Shown here: positions 39,032 through 48,728 of the stretch, piece after piece | Layout: each line of letters starts with the position of its first letter | How positions within the stretch are numbered: position 1 is the stretch's first letter | Assembly: GCA_032250835.1 (NCBI GenBank) | Contig: JAVVEA010000009.1 | Coordinates: 1-64,000, forward strand | Origin: a bacterium | GTDB lineage: Bacteria; SAR324; XYD2-FULL-50-16 | Length of the DNA: 64,000 nt | Reading direction: 5' to 3' | The notes under the pieces: generated by a model | What the model was told of the DNA's origin: nothing | The model's input: the letters and a program-made list of their open reading frames with translations, nothing else | The model's database searches: none | Made by a program: the position numbers and the translations under genes

Positions 39032-41304
39032 CCCGCATATACGTCCAAATTAAGGGCCGGGTCCAAGGCATTGGATTCCGGCCCTTTGTTTTTCGGCTCG
39101 CCTCAACCCGACAGCTCTGCGGATGGGTGCGCAACGGCCCCCTGGGGGTGGAGATCCAGGTCCAAGGTGAGGGGGCGGCGCTGCGGGACTTTTTGCTGCA
39201 CCTGGAACTGGACCTTCCCCCGCTGGCGGCGATCCACCAGATGTCTGCCGAAGAGATCGAACCCGAGGAGTCCCGCGAATTCCTGATCGCCCCGAGCCTG
39301 CAGGTCGGCGAACCCGAGGCCCTAGTTCTGCCCGATTTGGCCACCTGCCCGGACTGTTTGGCCGAGGTAAAGGACCCGACCAACCGGCGCTACCGCTACC
39401 CTTTCACCAATTGCACCTCCTGCGGCCCCAGGTTTAGCATCATCAGCGGCTTGCCCTACGACCGGCCCGCCACGACCATGAAGGGCTTTAAAATGTGCCC
39501 AGCCTGTCAGGCGGAATACGAGAACCCCGCGGACCGCCGCTTCCACGCCCAGCCCAACGCCTGCCCAGATTGCGGGCCCCAGGTTCAGGCCTTTGATCCG
39601 GCGGGAACGGCACTTGCGCAAGGTGAAGCAGCACTAGCGTTGGCTACCAACCGCCTCAAGGCAGGCGAAGTGGTAGCCCTCAAGGGGATCGGCGGCTTTC
39701 TGCTGCTCTGCCGCGCCGACCAAGCGGCCAGGATAAACCAGCTAAGGGAGGCCAAACACCGGGCCCATAAGCCCTTCGCCCTGATGTTGCCTAACCTGGA
39801 CTGGGCCCACCGGCTCTGCCACCTAGAGCCCGCCGAAGAAGTCCTGCTAAAGGGGCCCGAAGCGCCGATCCTATTGGCGCGCCGCCGCTTTGAGGCGAGC
39901 GAATGGGTGGCCGAAGCCGTCGCCCCTGGGGCCTTGGATTTAGGCGTTATGTTGCCCTACAGCCCGCTGCATCATTTGGTCTTAAGCGAGTTGGACCTTC
40001 CTTTGCTGGCGACCAGCGGGAACCAGGGCGGCGAGCCGATCTGCACCGAATTGAGCGAGGCTATAGAAAAGCTAGGCGGGCTCTGTGACCTGATCTTGGA
40101 CCACAACCGACCAATCATACGCCCGATGGAAGACTCGGTGGTCCGCTACAGCAACGGCGGGGTTCAGGTCTTGAGGCTGGCGCGAGGTTATGCGCCCTTG
40201 GTTTTAGATCTAGGGCATCGACTCGAAACCGGGCTGGCTTTAGCGGGGCAGCAAAAGACTGCCTTAGCGCTCTCAAAAGGAAGCCAAGTGATCTTAGGGG
40301 CCTACCTGGGCGATATGGACAACCCCAGGGCCCAAGCGGGCTTTGAGCAAGCCGCCCAGGACTTGCCCAAGCTTTACCGGGCCCAGCCGCAATATTTGGC
40401 GAGCGACGAACACCCCGGCTACTACGGCAGCCGCTGGGCCGCTAGCCATGACCTGCCGCGCCGCCGGTTCAGCCACCACCGCAGCCACCTTTGGGCGCTG
40501 ATGGCCGAAGCCCGGATCACCGGCGAGATCTTGGGCTTTGCTTGGGACGGAACGGGGCTAGGCGACGATGGCAACATTTGGGGCGGCGAGGTCTTCGCTG
40601 GACCGGCGGACCAATTGCAGCGGATCGCTGGATTGCCGAGCTTTGCGCTGATCGGCGGCGAGGCGGCGATGGCCGAGCCGATTAGGATCGCCTACGCACT
40701 TTGGTACCAGATCAAGGGCGAAGCGGTCTTTGAGCGCCCCGAAGATTTTTTGCTGCCCGCTTTACCGCCCACCGAGGCGGCCCTCTGGCCCCAGATGTTG
40801 GCCAAGGGGCTCAACTGCCCGCAGACCAGCAGCATGGGCCGCCTCTTTGACGGGGTCTCGGCTTGGTTGGGCTGCTGCTGCGAGGTAACCTATGAAGGCC
40901 AGGGAGCCATTGAGCTAGAACAGGCCGCCAGGCGCTGGACCGGAAGGCCGCCCGCCGCCTTGGAAGGTGAACCGATGGATTGGCCTGCTTTGCTGGTTCA
41001 CTTACAGAACCTAGTTCAAGAAGGGGCGAGCCTTGAACTTTGTGCCTCAGTCTTCCATAATCAACTGACCGCCTGGATTGGCCAGCTCGCTGCGGCCCAT
41101 CCAGCCCAACAGGTCCTTTTGAGCGGCGGCTGTTTCCAGAACCGCTGGCTGAGCGAAGCGGCGGTATTGGGGCTGAAAGAGTTGGGAAAAATCCCCGTGA
41201 TCCACCGTTTATTGCCGCCCAACGACGGGGCTTTGGCGGTTGGTCAATTATTTGGTGCCTTGTTCCATCAGGAGAATCGCCATGTGTCAAGCCTTGCCCG
41301 GTAG
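39028..41304 (+). CDS. hypF: Carbamoyltransferase HypF
   Basis: Acylphosphatase GRVQGIGFRP, Zn fingers, HHRSH, DGTGLG and PNDG. Confidence 0.96.
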   Translation: MTRIYVQIKGRVQGIGFRPFVFRLASTRQLCGWVRNGPLGVEIQVQGEGAALRDFLLHLELDLPPLAAIHQMSAEEIEPEESREFLIAPSLQVGEPEALVLPDLATCPDCLAEVKDPTNRRYRYPFTNCTSCGPRFSIISGLPYDRPATTMKGFKMCPACQAEYENPADRRFHAQPNACPDCGPQVQAFDPAGTALAQGEAALALATNRLKAGEVVALKGIGGFLLLCRADQAARINQLREAKHRAHKPFALMLPNLDWAHRLCHLEPAEEVLLKGPEAPILLARRRFEASEWVAEAVAPGALDLGVMLPYSPLHHLVLSELDLPLLATSGNQGGEPICTELSEAIEKLGGLCDLILDHNRPIIRPMEDSVVRYSNGGVQVLRLARGYAPLVLDLGHRLETGLALAGQQKTALALSKGSQVILGAYLGDMDNPRAQAGFEQAAQDLPKLYRAQPQYLASDEHPGYYGSRWAASHDLPRRRFSHHRSHLWALMAEARITGEILGFAWDGTGLGDDGNIWGGEVFAGPADQLQRIAGLPSFALIGGEAAMAEPIRIAYALWYQIKGEAVFERPEDFLLPALPPTEAALWPQMLAKGLNCPQTSSMGRLFDGVSAWLGCCCEVTYEGQGAIELEQAARRWTGRPPAALEGEPMDWPALLVHLQNLVQEGASLELCASVFHNQLTAWIGQLAAAHPAQQVLLSGGCFQNRWLSEAAVLGLKELGKIPVIHRLLPPNDGALAVGQLFGALFHQENRHVSSLAR

Positions 41305-41512
41305 GGTGCTCAGTTTTGTTGAAGGGTCCGACCCCCTGACCGCTCAGGTGGACTTCGCCGGGCTCAACCGCGCCATCTGTATGGACTGCGTGCCCGATGC
41401 GAAGGTCGGTGATTATGTGATCGTCCATGCCGGATTTGCCATCAGCTGCATGGACGAGGCAGAGGCCCAAGAGACGCTGGCGCTCTTTAAGCAGTTAGGG
41501 GAACCGTCATGA
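41282..41512 (+). CDS. hypC: HypC chaperone
   Basis: MCQALP and VGDYVIVHAGFAI. Confidence 0.95.
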   Translation: MCQALPGRVLSFVEGSDPLTAQVDFAGLNRAICMDCVPDAKVGDYVIVHAGFAISCMDEAEAQETLALFKQLGEPS

Positions 41513-42504
41513 CCGTACGCCTAGAAATGGGTGCCGGCGGGCAGCCGATGCAAGATTTGCTGGAACAGAGCATTTTTAAAATCTTCGACAGCCCCCTACT
41601 AGCCCAAGGCCACGACGCTGCCCAATTTGACCTGACCGGGAAGGTGGCCTTCACCACCGATTCCTTTGTGGTCAAGCCGCTCTTCTTTCCGGGCGGGGAC
41701 ATCGGCAAACTGGCGGTTTGCGGGACCCTAAACGATCTAGCCGTTTCGGGAGCCAAGCCCTTGTACCTCTCGCTAGCTTTGATCTTAGAAGAAGGATTAC
41801 CGCTCGAAGACCTGAACCGCATCTTAACCAGCGTCGCCACCACCGCCCGCGCCGCCGGGGTGCAGGTGGTCACCGGCGACACCAAGGTGGTCGAGCAGGG
41901 CAAAGGCGACGGGATCTTCATCAACACCGCCGGGATCGGCCTGCAAATCTCGCTGACCCAGATGCTGCCCACCAACTTAAAGGCAGGCCAAAAAATCTTG
42001 ATCAACGGCGGCATCGCCGAACATGGCTTGGCCATTTTGGCGGCCCGCGAGAATTTAGACCTAGGCGGCGAAATCCTGAGCGATTGCGCGGACCTTTCGG
42101 GGCTAACCGAGACGCTCTTGCAGGCTGGCGGCGTGACGCTCTTTAAAGACCCCACCCGAGGCGGACTGGCGGCGACGCTCAACGAACTGGCCCAGGCCAG
42201 CGGATTGGGGATCAACTTGGTGGAAAAATCGATTCCTTTAGACCCCAGGGTCGAGGCGGGCTGCGGCTTATTGGGGATTGATCCCTTGCAGGTCGCCAAC
42301 GAGGGGAAGCTGTTGGTCTTCGCCGAGGCCGACCATGCCGAATCCTTACTAGAAGTCATGTCCCGCCACCCGCTGGGCCAGGGTGCGGCGATCATCGGCG
42401 AAGTCACCGGAGGGCCGAGCGGCAAGGTGCATCTGACCACCCGCATCGGCACCAGCCGCGTGATCGACCCGCCGCTGGGCGACCAACTCCCGCGCATCTG
42501 TTGA
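41509..42504 (+). CDS. hypE: HypE carbamoyl dehydratase
   Basis: TTDSFVV, GDIGKLAVCGT, DPTRGG and C-terminal PRIC. Confidence 0.96.
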   Translation: MTVRLEMGAGGQPMQDLLEQSIFKIFDSPLLAQGHDAAQFDLTGKVAFTTDSFVVKPLFFPGGDIGKLAVCGTLNDLAVSGAKPLYLSLALILEEGLPLEDLNRILTSVATTARAAGVQVVTGDTKVVEQGKGDGIFINTAGIGLQISLTQMLPTNLKAGQKILINGGIAEHGLAILAARENLDLGGEILSDCADLSGLTETLLQAGGVTLFKDPTRGGLAATLNELAQASGLGINLVEKSIPLDPRVEAGCGLLGIDPLQVANEGKLLVFAEADHAESLLEVMSRHPLGQGAAIIGEVTGGPSGKVHLTTRIGTSRVIDPPLGDQLPRIC

Positions 42505-42505
42505 G

Positions 42506-43294
42506 ATGGAGGCTACCCGGCGGGTTGCTTTTTTGTGCAGCGGCTTTAACGGCCTGACCCAACAGGTCTGGACCGCTCTGGCCCCGCGCTTCGCCGCCAG
42601 CATTCTGGTGGTCGGGCCCCAGTGGGACCGGTTGCTGGACTTTAAGCCGCACTTGGTCTTGGCCCCTTACCTGAACTTGCGGATTCCTGAGTTTGTTTAC
42701 TCTCAGGTGCCCTGTCTGGTCTTACATCCTGGCCCCCATGGCTTGGGGGGCCCCAGCTCGCTGAACTGGGCAATTTTAGAGGGCCGCAAAGATTGGGCCG
42801 CCTGCATCTTTGAAGCCCGCCAAGGCTGGGATGAGGGGCCCCTCTGGGCCGAGCAAAGCTTTGAGTTGCCTAAAGGCAGCGTGATCCAGCTTTACCGCCG
42901 GACCATCGCGCCGCAGGCTACGGCACTCTACCAAAGGGCCATCTTGCGGCTCTGGCAGGGCGGCGACCCGCTACCGCGCGGCGAATTTCGTTACCAAAGA
43001 AGATTAACCTCCGCCGACCTAGAAATCGACTGGAGCCGCCCGGCCGAAGACTTATTGGCGGTGGTTCAGGCCGGAGACAGCCAGCCCGGCGCTTGGGGCG
43101 AGATCGAGGGGAAGCGGTACGGCCTCTTTGGCGCCCGCTTGAGCGCCCCACAGGGGCGGCCCGGAGAGTTGTTGGGCTTTGAAGAATCGGCAGCGCTGGT
43201 CGCCTGTGGCAAAGGCTCCTTAAAGTTCAGTCGGTTGATGCCCGAAGGTCAGGTGAAATTACGCGCCATTGAGGCCCTAAAAAGGGAAGAGTGA
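42506..43294 (+). CDS. hypX: HypX/HoxX N-terminal half (formyltransferase domain)
   Basis: SGFNGLTQ, APYL, LHPG...GPSSLNWAI, WDEGPLWA and GDSQPG; located in the hyp operon. Confidence 0.8.
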   Translation: MEATRRVAFLCSGFNGLTQQVWTALAPRFAASILVVGPQWDRLLDFKPHLVLAPYLNLRIPEFVYSQVPCLVLHPGPHGLGGPSSLNWAILEGRKDWAACIFEARQGWDEGPLWAEQSFELPKGSVIQLYRRTIAPQATALYQRAILRLWQGGDPLPRGEFRYQRRLTSADLEIDWSRPAEDLLAVVQAGDSQPGAWGEIEGKRYGLFGARLSAPQGRPGELLGFEESAALVACGKGSLKFSRLMPEGQVKLRAIEALKREE

Positions 43295-44094
43295 TGGAGA
43301 TTTCCGGTAAAATCTTGGGTCCCTTGGGTCACTTGCACTTTGATGCCTTTAACGGGGCCATGGATTTGGAGCATTGCCAGCGTTTGCTGACCGCCTACCA
43401 GGAACTGGCCGAAACGCCGCAAGTTAAGGTGATCTTGCTTTGGGGCGGCGAGGACTTTTTTTCCAATGGCATTGATCTGGTCAGCATCGACCAGCAATAC
43501 AACCCCGCCATCTTGGCCTATAAAAACCTACGGGGCCTCAACGGCCTGATCCGCGCGATCTTGAGCACCCCCGACAAGTTGGTGTTAGCGGCCCTAGGCG
43601 GGCCTGCCGCCGCCGGGGGCGTGATGCTGGCCTTGGCTTGCGATCTGCGCTACGCCCGTGCGGGTTTGGTCTTAAACCCGCACTACGTCAACATGGGCCT
43701 TTCGGGCTCTGAGTTTTTCAGCCTGCTCTTGCCGCGCGCCGTGGGGCAGGGCTGGGCCGAAAAACTGCTTTACGAGGCCCAGCCGATCTCGGCGGAGCTA
43801 GCTTGCCGGATCGGCCTGTTGCACGGCGAAATTGACGGGGCCAGCTTTGAGAAAGAAATTACCGAAAGGGCCGCCTTTTTAGCGGAAAATAACCTGCAAG
43901 CCCGCTTGGCCACCAAGCGGCTGCTCAACCGGGGGCTATTAGAGCGCCTGGACGAAGCCGAACAGGCCGAGCTGCGGGCCATGAAAGATTGCTGCAACGA
44001 ACCGGAATTTAACGAAGCCCGGCGCGCTTTCATAAAAAAAGAAGCGAGCCCGCAATTTGCCAACATTGCCACCAAGGGACCCCGTGGGACTTGA
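43291..44094 (+). CDS. hypX: HypX/HoxX C-terminal half (enoyl-CoA hydratase-like domain)
   Basis: FNGAM, FFSNGIDL, AAAGGVMLALACD, LNPHYVNMGLSGSE and ARRAF. Confidence 0.8.
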   Translation: MMEISGKILGPLGHLHFDAFNGAMDLEHCQRLLTAYQELAETPQVKVILLWGGEDFFSNGIDLVSIDQQYNPAILAYKNLRGLNGLIRAILSTPDKLVLAALGGPAAAGGVMLALACDLRYARAGLVLNPHYVNMGLSGSEFFSLLLPRAVGQGWAEKLLYEAQPISAELACRIGLLHGEIDGASFEKEITERAAFLAENNLQARLATKRLLNRGLLERLDEAEQAELRAMKDCCNEPEFNEARRAFIKKEASPQFANIATKGPRGT

Positions 44095-45178
44095 ATATTT
44101 AGAGGGCTTTGAAGACGCCGCCACCGCCCAAACGCTGGCCCGAGAGATCGGCACCTTGGCCGCCAAACGCCCCCAAACGCGCCTGATGCACCTTTGCGGC
44201 AGCCACGAACAGGCAATCAACGAAAACACCCTGCGCCAGCTGCTGCCCGATTCGGTGGAGATCGTCCCCGGCCCCGGCTGCCCGGTCTGTGTTTGCCCGG
44301 TCGAGGACATTGACCTAGCCGTTACCTTGGCCCGCGAGCCCGGCGTGACCCTCTTGACCTTTGGCGACATGATCCGCGTGCCCGGCACGGTGGAGTCCTT
44401 GGCCCAGGCCCGCAAAGAGGGGGCCTCGGTGCAGGTGATCTATAGCCCGCTGGACGCCATCGCCAAGGCCAAGGAGGCACCGGAGCAACAGTTTGTTTTC
44501 TTCTCGGTGGGCTTCGAGACCACCGTCGCCGGGGTGGCGGGACTGGCGGCGGCCAAACTGCCGGGCAACCTAACCTTCTTGATGGCCAACCGCTACATGC
44601 CGCCGGTCTTAAGGTTATTGATGGAGATCCACGACCAGAGCATCCAGGGCTTTTTACTGCCCGGCCACGCCGCCATCATCACCGGCCTAGAGCCCTACCG
44701 CTTCATGGAAACTGAATACAAATTGCCCTGCGCGGTGGCAGGCTTTGAGCCGGTGGATGTGCTGTATGGGATTTTGGGGCTGATGCGCCAGATTGATCAG
44801 GGCCAGGCTAAGGTGGAAAATCTCTTCAAACGTCTGGCCAAGGACGAGGGCAACCAAGCCGCCTGGGGCCTGATCAACCGGGTCTTTGAGTTGGGTCCGG
44901 GGATCTGGCGCGGGATCGACAAAATTCCCGGCAGCGCTTTCCGCCTCAAGGCCGACTACGCCCATTTAGACGCCCTCAAGCGCTTCGCCGCCCGCCCGGC
45001 CTATGCGCCGCGCGCCCATCCCCCGGGTTGCCAATGCCACCGGATCATGCTGGGCGAAAAGCGCCCCACCGACTGCGCACACTTCAAGAAGGGCTGCACC
45101 CCCAACAACCCGCTAGGCCCCTGCATGGTTTCGGTTGAGGGGACCTGTTATTCCTGGTTTCGGTTCTCGGGGCTCTAG
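44084..45178 (+). CDS. hypD: HypD
   Basis: CGSHE, GPGCPVCVCP, GFETT, PGH and GPCMVSVEGTC; GTG start inferred. Confidence 0.95.
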   Translation: MGLEYLEGFEDAATAQTLAREIGTLAAKRPQTRLMHLCGSHEQAINENTLRQLLPDSVEIVPGPGCPVCVCPVEDIDLAVTLAREPGVTLLTFGDMIRVPGTVESLAQARKEGASVQVIYSPLDAIAKAKEAPEQQFVFFSVGFETTVAGVAGLAAAKLPGNLTFLMANRYMPPVLRLLMEIHDQSIQGFLLPGHAAIITGLEPYRFMETEYKLPCAVAGFEPVDVLYGILGLMRQIDQGQAKVENLFKRLAKDEGNQAAWGLINRVFELGPGIWRGIDKIPGSAFRLKADYAHLDALKRFAARPAYAPRAHPPGCQCHRIMLGEKRPTDCAHFKKGCTPNNPLGPCMVSVEGTCYSWFRFSGL

Positions 45179-45205
45179 AGCGGTGACAAGAAACTGGGGT
45201 TGGGG

Positions 45206-45230
45206 AAATGGGTACATTGTCCCCGTATTT
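45206..45230 (-). repeat. Degenerate reverse motif copy upstream of the HNH gene
   Basis: aaatgggtacattgtccccgtattt. Confidence 0.55.
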
Positions 45231-45255
45231 TTAAAACGATGATCCAGGAGTTATT

Positions 45256-45969
45256 GTGGGTTCATTTGTTGGAAATGTTTCTGATTTTAAAAAGTATATA
45301 GGTCCTAGACTGAGGAATGTAGTTAACAATTTGGCTCGGCCTTATCGCATTGAAGTGGGGCAATGTCAGATTTGTAGGGCTACACAAACCTTGGAGGCCG
45401 CTCACATTCAGGGACGGGAGAGGACAATCATCATTGATGAGCTTCTAGAGAACTATTTAAATGGGGAGATTGTTACAATAGATTTAGAGGTTTTTGAAAA
45501 CCAGTTTTTTGCTGCTCATCAACCTTTGAACGAGTCGATCTTGATACTATGCAGAGCTTGCCATCGGGAGTACGACAATCAAGCCCAAGTAAAGGATCAG
45601 CCACAACTTACAAACGAGGATGTAGAAGAACTGTCAGAAGAGGCAGGTTACAGCGTTACCAATAGAGAGATTACCGACGATTTCCGGGAATTTGTTTCGG
45701 GTAATTTGCCTTGGGATGAAATTGAAAATCTACTGAACCCTACTTATAGTCGCGAAACCTTTTTGGTTCACTTCCCCATACTTAAAGAAGTTCCTGCTAA
45801 CGCGGATCAGCAGCGGTTGCGAGAATTAGCTCGTGATACAAAGGGTTACGGAAGATGGTCGCCCTTTCCTATTGCACGAGATGGGAGGGTATTTTTGGTG
45901 ACAACTCAATGGTTTGATCGTTGTCGTTCAAGATTTCTTGCTTGGAAAATGCAAATTGAAAACCGGTGA
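45256..45969 (+). CDS. HNH endonuclease-like protein
   Basis: CQIC...LEAAH...LCRACHREYD; AT-rich relative to the hyp genes. Confidence 0.65.
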   Translation: MGSFVGNVSDFKKYIGPRLRNVVNNLARPYRIEVGQCQICRATQTLEAAHIQGRERTIIIDELLENYLNGEIVTIDLEVFENQFFAAHQPLNESILILCRACHREYDNQAQVKDQPQLTNEDVEELSEEAGYSVTNREITDDFREFVSGNLPWDEIENLLNPTYSRETFLVHFPILKEVPANADQQRLRELARDTKGYGRWSPFPIARDGRVFLVTTQWFDRCRSRFLAWKMQIENR

Positions 45970-45983
45970 TCAAGTACCTATTT
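45960..45983 (+). repeat. Forward motif copy containing the HNH stop codon
   Basis: aaaccggtgatcaagtacctattt. Confidence 0.6.
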
Positions 45984-46096
45984 TCTCAAAAAAAAGCCGG
46001 TAAAAAAAACCGGATTTTAGATCAGCGCCCCGGCGCGAAGACCATGGATAGGATCAGGTTGATGGGTCCATTGTCCGACCGGTTTGACGGTCTCGC

Positions 46097-46125
46097 TTGC
46101 TCAATGTACCTACATTTGTTAATAT
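46097..46125 (+). promoter_or_regulatory. brnTA promoter with operator palindrome
   Basis: TTGCTC-17-TAATAT, with aatgta-cc-tacatt in the spacer. Confidence 0.6.
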
Positions 46126-46131
46126 CTAAAT

Positions 46132-46407
46132 ATGGTCGAGTTTGAATGGGACGAAGAGAAAAACAGGTCCAATCAAGAAAAACATCAGGTGGCCTTCGAG
46201 GAGGCTCAAAATGTTTTTCTGGATGCCCATCGGCTGATTATTGAAGACCTGGACCATTCGAATACAGAGGAACGCTTCTACTGTATTGGAAAAGTCGGAG
46301 AAAGCCTGTTGACGGTCCGTTTCACGCTGCGAGGGGAGACCATCCGAATCATCGGGGCAGGCAAATGGCGCAAGGGAAGGAGGTTGTATGAGCAAGAAAA
46401 CCGATAA
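46132..46407 (+). CDS. brnT: BrnT family toxin
   Basis: FEWDEEKNRSNQEKH...FEEA...HSNTEERF...IRIIGA. Confidence 0.9.
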   Translation: MVEFEWDEEKNRSNQEKHQVAFEEAQNVFLDAHRLIIEDLDHSNTEERFYCIGKVGESLLTVRFTLRGETIRIIGAGKWRKGRRLYEQENR

Positions 46408-46702
46408 ATTAGCTTATTCAGACGAGCCCGTTGTCTTCGGGAAGGTCGTCAAAGATAGAATCCCAAAGGGCCAGGAGATTAAGAAAGCGAAGGTCCGCGT
46501 CTTTAAAGAGGATGGTAGTGTTTTTGAGTCGGTTTTTGATCAAATCCGGGTTGATTTCCCTGGCTCAAAAAAAGCGGTCACCGTCCGCTATGACCAGGAT
46601 GTAATCGACTATTTCAAGTCCTTCGGACCGGGCTATCAGTCTAAAATGAACGCCGTTTTAAAGGCCTTTGTGGAACACGAAAAACATAAAACTCCCCGTT
46701 GA
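46388..46702 (+). CDS. brnA: BrnA family antitoxin
   Basis: KKAVTVRYDQDVIDYFK...GYQSKMNAVL RHH domain; overlaps brnT. Confidence 0.88.
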   Translation: MSKKTDKLAYSDEPVVFGKVVKDRIPKGQEIKKAKVRVFKEDGSVFESVFDQIRVDFPGSKKAVTVRYDQDVIDYFKSFGPGYQSKMNAVLKAFVEHEKHKTPR

Positions 46703-46891
46703 CCACCAACATTTCAACCCGGCACTTTGAGGCCGACTACCCCAGGGCAGCCCACCGCCCCGCTACGTTTAGCCTCGTCTGTTTAGGCCTAGCCCACCCC
46801 GCCTGAGATAGGGGGTCCTTGGTATAGGACCCTACCAAAATACTCTGATCGATCACTTCCAGGTTGACAGTTCGTACAGGCTATATAACTA

Positions 46892-46973
46892 TTTTGCATA
46901 TACGAAATAACCACCCCTTTCCTTACCGGTCCGGGGAGTCCTTTGCCTGGGATTATATTTCGTATATACGAAT
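46892..46973. promoter_or_regulatory. Paired palindromic operators upstream of the porin operon
   Basis: ttttgcatatacgaaa (46892-907) and the perfect palindrome ttcgtatatacgaa (46959-72). Confidence 0.55.
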
Positions 46974-46998
46974 CTTTAAACTACCTGGAGACAAAAAT

Positions 46999-48168
46999 AT
47001 GAAAGTTTTCACCTGGGCGCTGACCGCCCTCTTGCTGGCTAGCCCACTGAGCTTAATGGCCCAAGAACCGACTTTAGCAAGCCTAACCGAGGAAATAGCC
47101 CAGCTCAAAGAGCAACAGGAACAATACCGCAGCGAATCAACCAAGGTCGGTGGCTATGCCGAACTGCACTATAACGCAGTCGAAGGCCAAGAGCCGATCA
47201 CCGACTTGCACCGCTTCGTCTTGCTCTTTGAAAAACAGATCGGGCCGAATATCCGCTTCCAGAGCGAACTGGAGTTGGAGCACGCCTTTGTGCAAAGCGG
47301 TGAGGGGGAATTGGAGTTGGAGCAGGCCTTTTTGGAGTTTTCTTTGAGCCGCGAGACCCAAGCCCGCGCGGGGATTCTGTTGGTTCCCTTGGGTCTGATC
47401 AACCAAAACCACGAGCCCAACAGCTTTATGGGTGTCGAGCGCCCAGACTTCGCCAAGGTGATCATTCCTTCTACCTTCTTTGCCGAAGGAGCCGGACTAA
47501 AGGGGTCTTGGGGGCATTCTTGGCAATATCAGGCCTATTTTATGGCCCCACTGGACGCCAGCGGGTTTAGCGGCGCTAGCGGTCTGCGCGGCGGACGCCA
47601 AAAGGCCTACAAAAGCCGAGCCGGAAGTTTAGCTTTGGCCACCCGGCTGCAATATGCCCGCCCCGGCCTGCGCCTGGGCTGGTCTAGCTACCAAGGCAAC
47701 AGCGCCAATGAGGAGGTCAAGAGCGACGCCCGCGACGCTGGGGTTAAACTAGAGCAGGTTCAAGTCAGTTTTAATGCCTTGGACCTGGATTGGAACACTG
47801 CTAACTGGTCTTTGCGGGCCGAGGTGGCCCAAGGGAGCCTGTCTAACAGCGGCTTATTGAACCAAGTGTACGGGGGCCACGTAGGCAGCAGCTTGCAGGG
47901 TTATTATCTAGAACCGGCCATAAAACTCTGGGCCCAAGGGGATTCGACTCTAAAAGGATTTGTGCGTTATGAATCCCTTTCACCCCAGGCCAGCGTCGCT
48001 TCGGGTAGCGTCAACGACGCCTACCAGTATACCCGCACCACCTCCGGCCTGAACTACTGGCCCCACCCCCAAGTGGCCTTGAAAGTGGATATGGGGACCA
48101 AACAAACAGCCCAGACTGGCTCAGCAGCCCAACAGGAATGGAACCTGGGGCTCGGGTGGGTCTTTTGA
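46999..48168 (+). CDS. Outer-membrane porin (OprO/OprP-like beta-barrel)
   Basis: Signal peptide, coiled coil, GGYAELHYN, ELELEH, HEP...VERP and a C-terminal Phe. Confidence 0.8.
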   Translation: MKVFTWALTALLLASPLSLMAQEPTLASLTEEIAQLKEQQEQYRSESTKVGGYAELHYNAVEGQEPITDLHRFVLLFEKQIGPNIRFQSELELEHAFVQSGEGELELEQAFLEFSLSRETQARAGILLVPLGLINQNHEPNSFMGVERPDFAKVIIPSTFFAEGAGLKGSWGHSWQYQAYFMAPLDASGFSGASGLRGGRQKAYKSRAGSLALATRLQYARPGLRLGWSSYQGNSANEEVKSDARDAGVKLEQVQVSFNALDLDWNTANWSLRAEVAQGSLSNSGLLNQVYGGHVGSSLQGYYLEPAIKLWAQGDSTLKGFVRYESLSPQASVASGSVNDAYQYTRTTSGLNYWPHPQVALKVDMGTKQTAQTGSAAQQEWNLGLGWVF

Positions 48169-48728
48169 ATCCTCGCGGATTATTGCTGGCCCTGGGCCTT
48201 TGGGTAGCTCTCGGGGCCCCGGCCTTTGGGCAGGTTTTTGAGGACCCCGATGCAGCGCTGCAATCGGCGCTGCGCTCGGGGGAACAACTAACGCCGGTGA
48301 GTTGGTCTGGGTTGAGCGCTGAGGTCGCAGCGGCCCTAAAGGCCCAATCAGGCCAAGCCCTACGCCGCTCTTGGACCCGCTGCCATCAGGCCCAGTCGGC
48401 CAGCCAGCCGACCGCCTATTTATGTATCGACAACATGATCGGCAAGACCGAACCGATCACCTACTTGGCCCGGATCGCTCACCCCTCCGGAAGATTAGAG
48501 GACTTACGGTTGCTGATCTACCGTGAGTCGGTGGGGGCCGAGATAAGGCACCCGCTCTTCCTGGCGCAGTTCCTGGGCAAAGACACCCAAGCTCCCTTAG
48601 GACTCTCCCAAGATATCCAGGCCATCAGTGGAGCCACCTACAGCAGCCGGGCGGTGGCTCAAGGCAGCCGAAAATTGCTGTGGCTTTACCGTTTGTACCT
48701 TTCCAAACTTTCCACGGAACAACCATGA
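48165..48728 (+). CDS. FMN-binding domain protein
   Basis: Signal peptide, GKTEPITY, YRESVGAEI and ISGATYSS flavinylation motif. Confidence 0.8.
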   Translation: MNPRGLLLALGLWVALGAPAFGQVFEDPDAALQSALRSGEQLTPVSWSGLSAEVAAALKAQSGQALRRSWTRCHQAQSASQPTAYLCIDNMIGKTEPITYLARIAHPSGRLEDLRLLIYRESVGAEIRHPLFLAQFLGKDTQAPLGLSQDIQAISGATYSSRAVAQGSRKLLWLYRLYLSKLSTEQP

